From the NCBI GenBank assembly GCA_001642005.1, contig LWCA01000086.1, forward strand, positions 1-57,358: a stretch of DNA of 57,358 bases, in the 5' to 3' direction. Source of the DNA: Intoshia linei. Taxonomy: Eukaryota; Animalia; Orthonectida. The notes beneath the pieces are model-generated. The model saw nothing but the letters and a program-made list of their open reading frames with translations, made no database searches and had not been told where the DNA came from. Positions 54,660-57,358 of this stretch are shown piece after piece (the first letter of the stretch is position 1; every line of letters begins with the position of its first letter). A program made the position numbers and the translations under genes.

Positions 54660-55402
54660 GTTTGTTTTTTAAAAGTGTAAGTTTAAATGTGTTAATGAAT
54701 GTTCAAAGTTTTGTGTATTTGAAAGAATGATATTTATCAGAATAATATCTTGTTGAATCATCCATATAAGTAATAATAAGTAGTAATTATTATTTTTACC
54801 CAATTAGAACGTAGTATAATGTAAACAAACATGTAATAGACAATAATAGACACACCTACCAAATAATAAGCGTATGTCTGATTTACTTTCTATGATTATG
54901 AAGATAATCAGACACGTTTTGTTTTTGTACAGTTATAGTCAAATAAAATTTTACAATATAAATTGATTCACTTAATTAAGCGTCAAATGAACGAATTTTA
55001 TTCAATAGGTGATGACACGTTAATAGTACATGATTATACTTGTTTATAACTGTTTTGAATAACTTTCAGATTAAATTCTTTGGACTTATTGGATAAATTT
55101 AAAGTTAATATTTACATATTAAAAAAAAAGTTTCATATATCGTTATATGCAGTATTAATTATTAGTCCAAATAAAGATTGAATTGTTAACTTTTTAGAAA
55201 TATTTTTTTTTAATTAATCTTATTTTAGTTTTTTTTATTTATATTTTATATTTTGATATTGCCTTAATTATCAACCTGATGATGATGGTAACGGGACAGG
55301 TGGTACATTGTGATAATTTGGGGTGCCGGATCATTAAATCTGTAACTAATAACGATCATCTTACCACTTGGTATTAATAATTTTATTATTTTGACTCTTT
55401 AC

Positions 55403-55863
55403 CAGAGCTGTCTTAAGCCACTTCGTGGCTCTGGGCTAAGCAAAGTTTTGAGCGAAGCAATAAAAAAATTTTAAGGCCCTTTTTTTGAAAATTAATAAGA
55501 GAAAATCAAAGATTTCCTACTTTATTTATTAAATATACACTCAATAGAAAGGTTTCAATGTTTAATATTATCATTTGAAACAGTTTTTATGTCAATATTG
55601 TATGATGAAAATTGTAGAATATATTTTAAATTGAATATTTACCAGAACTTTGAGTTTTTAAACTATTTTCTTTCTAGCTATTGGAATTCCCATACTTCAA
55701 AACTTATAAACTGTTTCTTAAGGTATAAATGTGAAGTATTTTCTAATAAATTGGAGGCCTCTTTTTAAGATATAAGTGTGAAGTACTTTTATTAATTTGG
55801 AGCCTTTTCTAATGAGTGGCCCTGGCCTACGGCCCATATTGCCCATGCCTTAAAACGGCTCTG
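55403..55863. mobile_element. hAT-type MITE
   Basis: TIR CAGAGCTGTCTTAAG / CTTAAAACGGCTCTG with exact TSD CTCTTTAC. Confidence 0.85.
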
Positions 55864-57358
55864 CTCTTTACTTATAATTCATCCGTTCTATAATAAATTT
55901 CCTATCGCATTAAATTGAATGTTTTATCAAATCACGATTAGCTCTTGTGAATCAATTAAATTAGATTATTACTATCCACTTTTCAGTATCGGATATAAAT
56001 GGGGTGCAGGGTGGTCTTTCCCCTAGCGTCACAAATTTGCCTTAAAATATTTTAATATGTATTAACATTACATAAATTAAAAAAATTTTTCTAGTACCCA
56101 TCAAATTGCGTTTATTGAATCTAGCTTAATTTGTTATCAGAGTTTAAATTGAAAAAATTTTAAAAAAAATTATACGGGCCGCAGATTGCTTATTAGGGTG
56201 TCCACTTTATATATTTTTCTTAAAACTATAAAAATCCATTTTGTAATTAAATTCATTCTATATTTTTAAACAATATGCTTTTTAAAAAAATAAAATCGGT
56301 TAATATTTACTTACAAATATTCACCTCAAATGTAATTATTGAAATTTACACAAAAATTATAAGATAATTCAAAAAGTCAAAAGAAAATTTTTTTATTTAT
56401 AATCAGATTTGGTTTGGTTGATATATTTACAGTTCATTTGATGGGTTTACCATGTTTGGTGGACGATTTTGGTTTATGCGAAATTTATGTTAAGTTTATG
56501 ATAACATTGGATAAAATTGTTCAAAACTAAATAATATCGTTTTTACTCGAAAGTACTCGAAACAATTTAATTTAACTGTTGACAACTCGATTGTATTCAG
56601 TTATTTTTATCAGTACTATTTACAAATTAAATTTACTCTTAAATTAAATTGTGATTACTCAATAGTAAACAGTTAAACTATTATAAAACTACTATACAAA
56701 TGATAATTTGTGAGATTATCCACCTAATAAATATAATATCAATATTTTTATTATCAATTCATTAGAACCGTCGAATTGATTTCTACGAATTAGATCAATA
56801 TAATCAATATTTTATGAAATGATTTAATGTTTTGAACTTATTTGGTCGTTGTTTAGATTTGGAAAGGTTGGAAATTTTTCAACATTGACATTTCACAACA
56901 GGAAACGGTAAATAAGTCTAAAATTGTATATTATGAACCTATTTTTGACCAAACCTTTGAAGGATAATTTTTATACCAAATCTTACATGGGAGGTATTTT
57001 TCATTAAATTCTTGAATCGAAAATTTTCAATTATTTTTTTACAAAACTCGAAATTTAAGCTTTAAATTTACAAAAATTTTACTCTAATGCAATTATTCAT
57101 GAACAGTGATTTAATGTTGTGGAAGAATTTAAAATTTAATTTCTACACCATTTAACCCTTCCACTTATTTACTATAAATATTTAAATTTTATTTATTTTA
57201 GTTACTTAGATTAAAATATTTTGATGAATTATATCAATAAATTAGTTTTAGAATAATTAGGGCCTAGTCCTATCTAAAAATTAAAACAGAATGATGTAAT
57301 ATAGACGAAAATTTATAATATAAACAAATTTATAAATAGGACCACTGAAATCAATTTC

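Overview
Very AT-rich animal genomic DNA with GT-AG introns that are mostly tiny (many 31-60 nt), plus a few long introns filled with transposon debris. This style fits a compact-genome invertebrate such as the orthonectid Intoshia, but that is inference only. Manual splicing recovers six conserved multi-exon genes: CFAP206 (-), CFAP52/WDR16 (-), RPUSD1-like (+), DNA ligase 3 (+), an SLCO4-like OATP transporter (+) and ATAD1/Msp1 (-). It also recovers a tandem pair of divergent intronless TALE-class homeobox genes (-), one carrying a 1-nt frameshift, and a candidate 66-aa orphan membrane microprotein. The first ~13 kb has no gene I can support and contains hAT, Tc1/mariner and other MITEs. A decayed Ty3/gypsy pol fragment is split by a TTAA-targeting piggyBac-like element across two N gaps with an exact 393-bp duplication, probably an assembly artefact. 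Best leads: the TALE pair with conserved upstream blocks, a possible non-AUG mitochondrial leader on a BRCT-less LIG3, and two operon-like gene pairs. I see no clear evidence of a wholly new multi-gene system. Gene names come from recalled protein motifs, not database searches.
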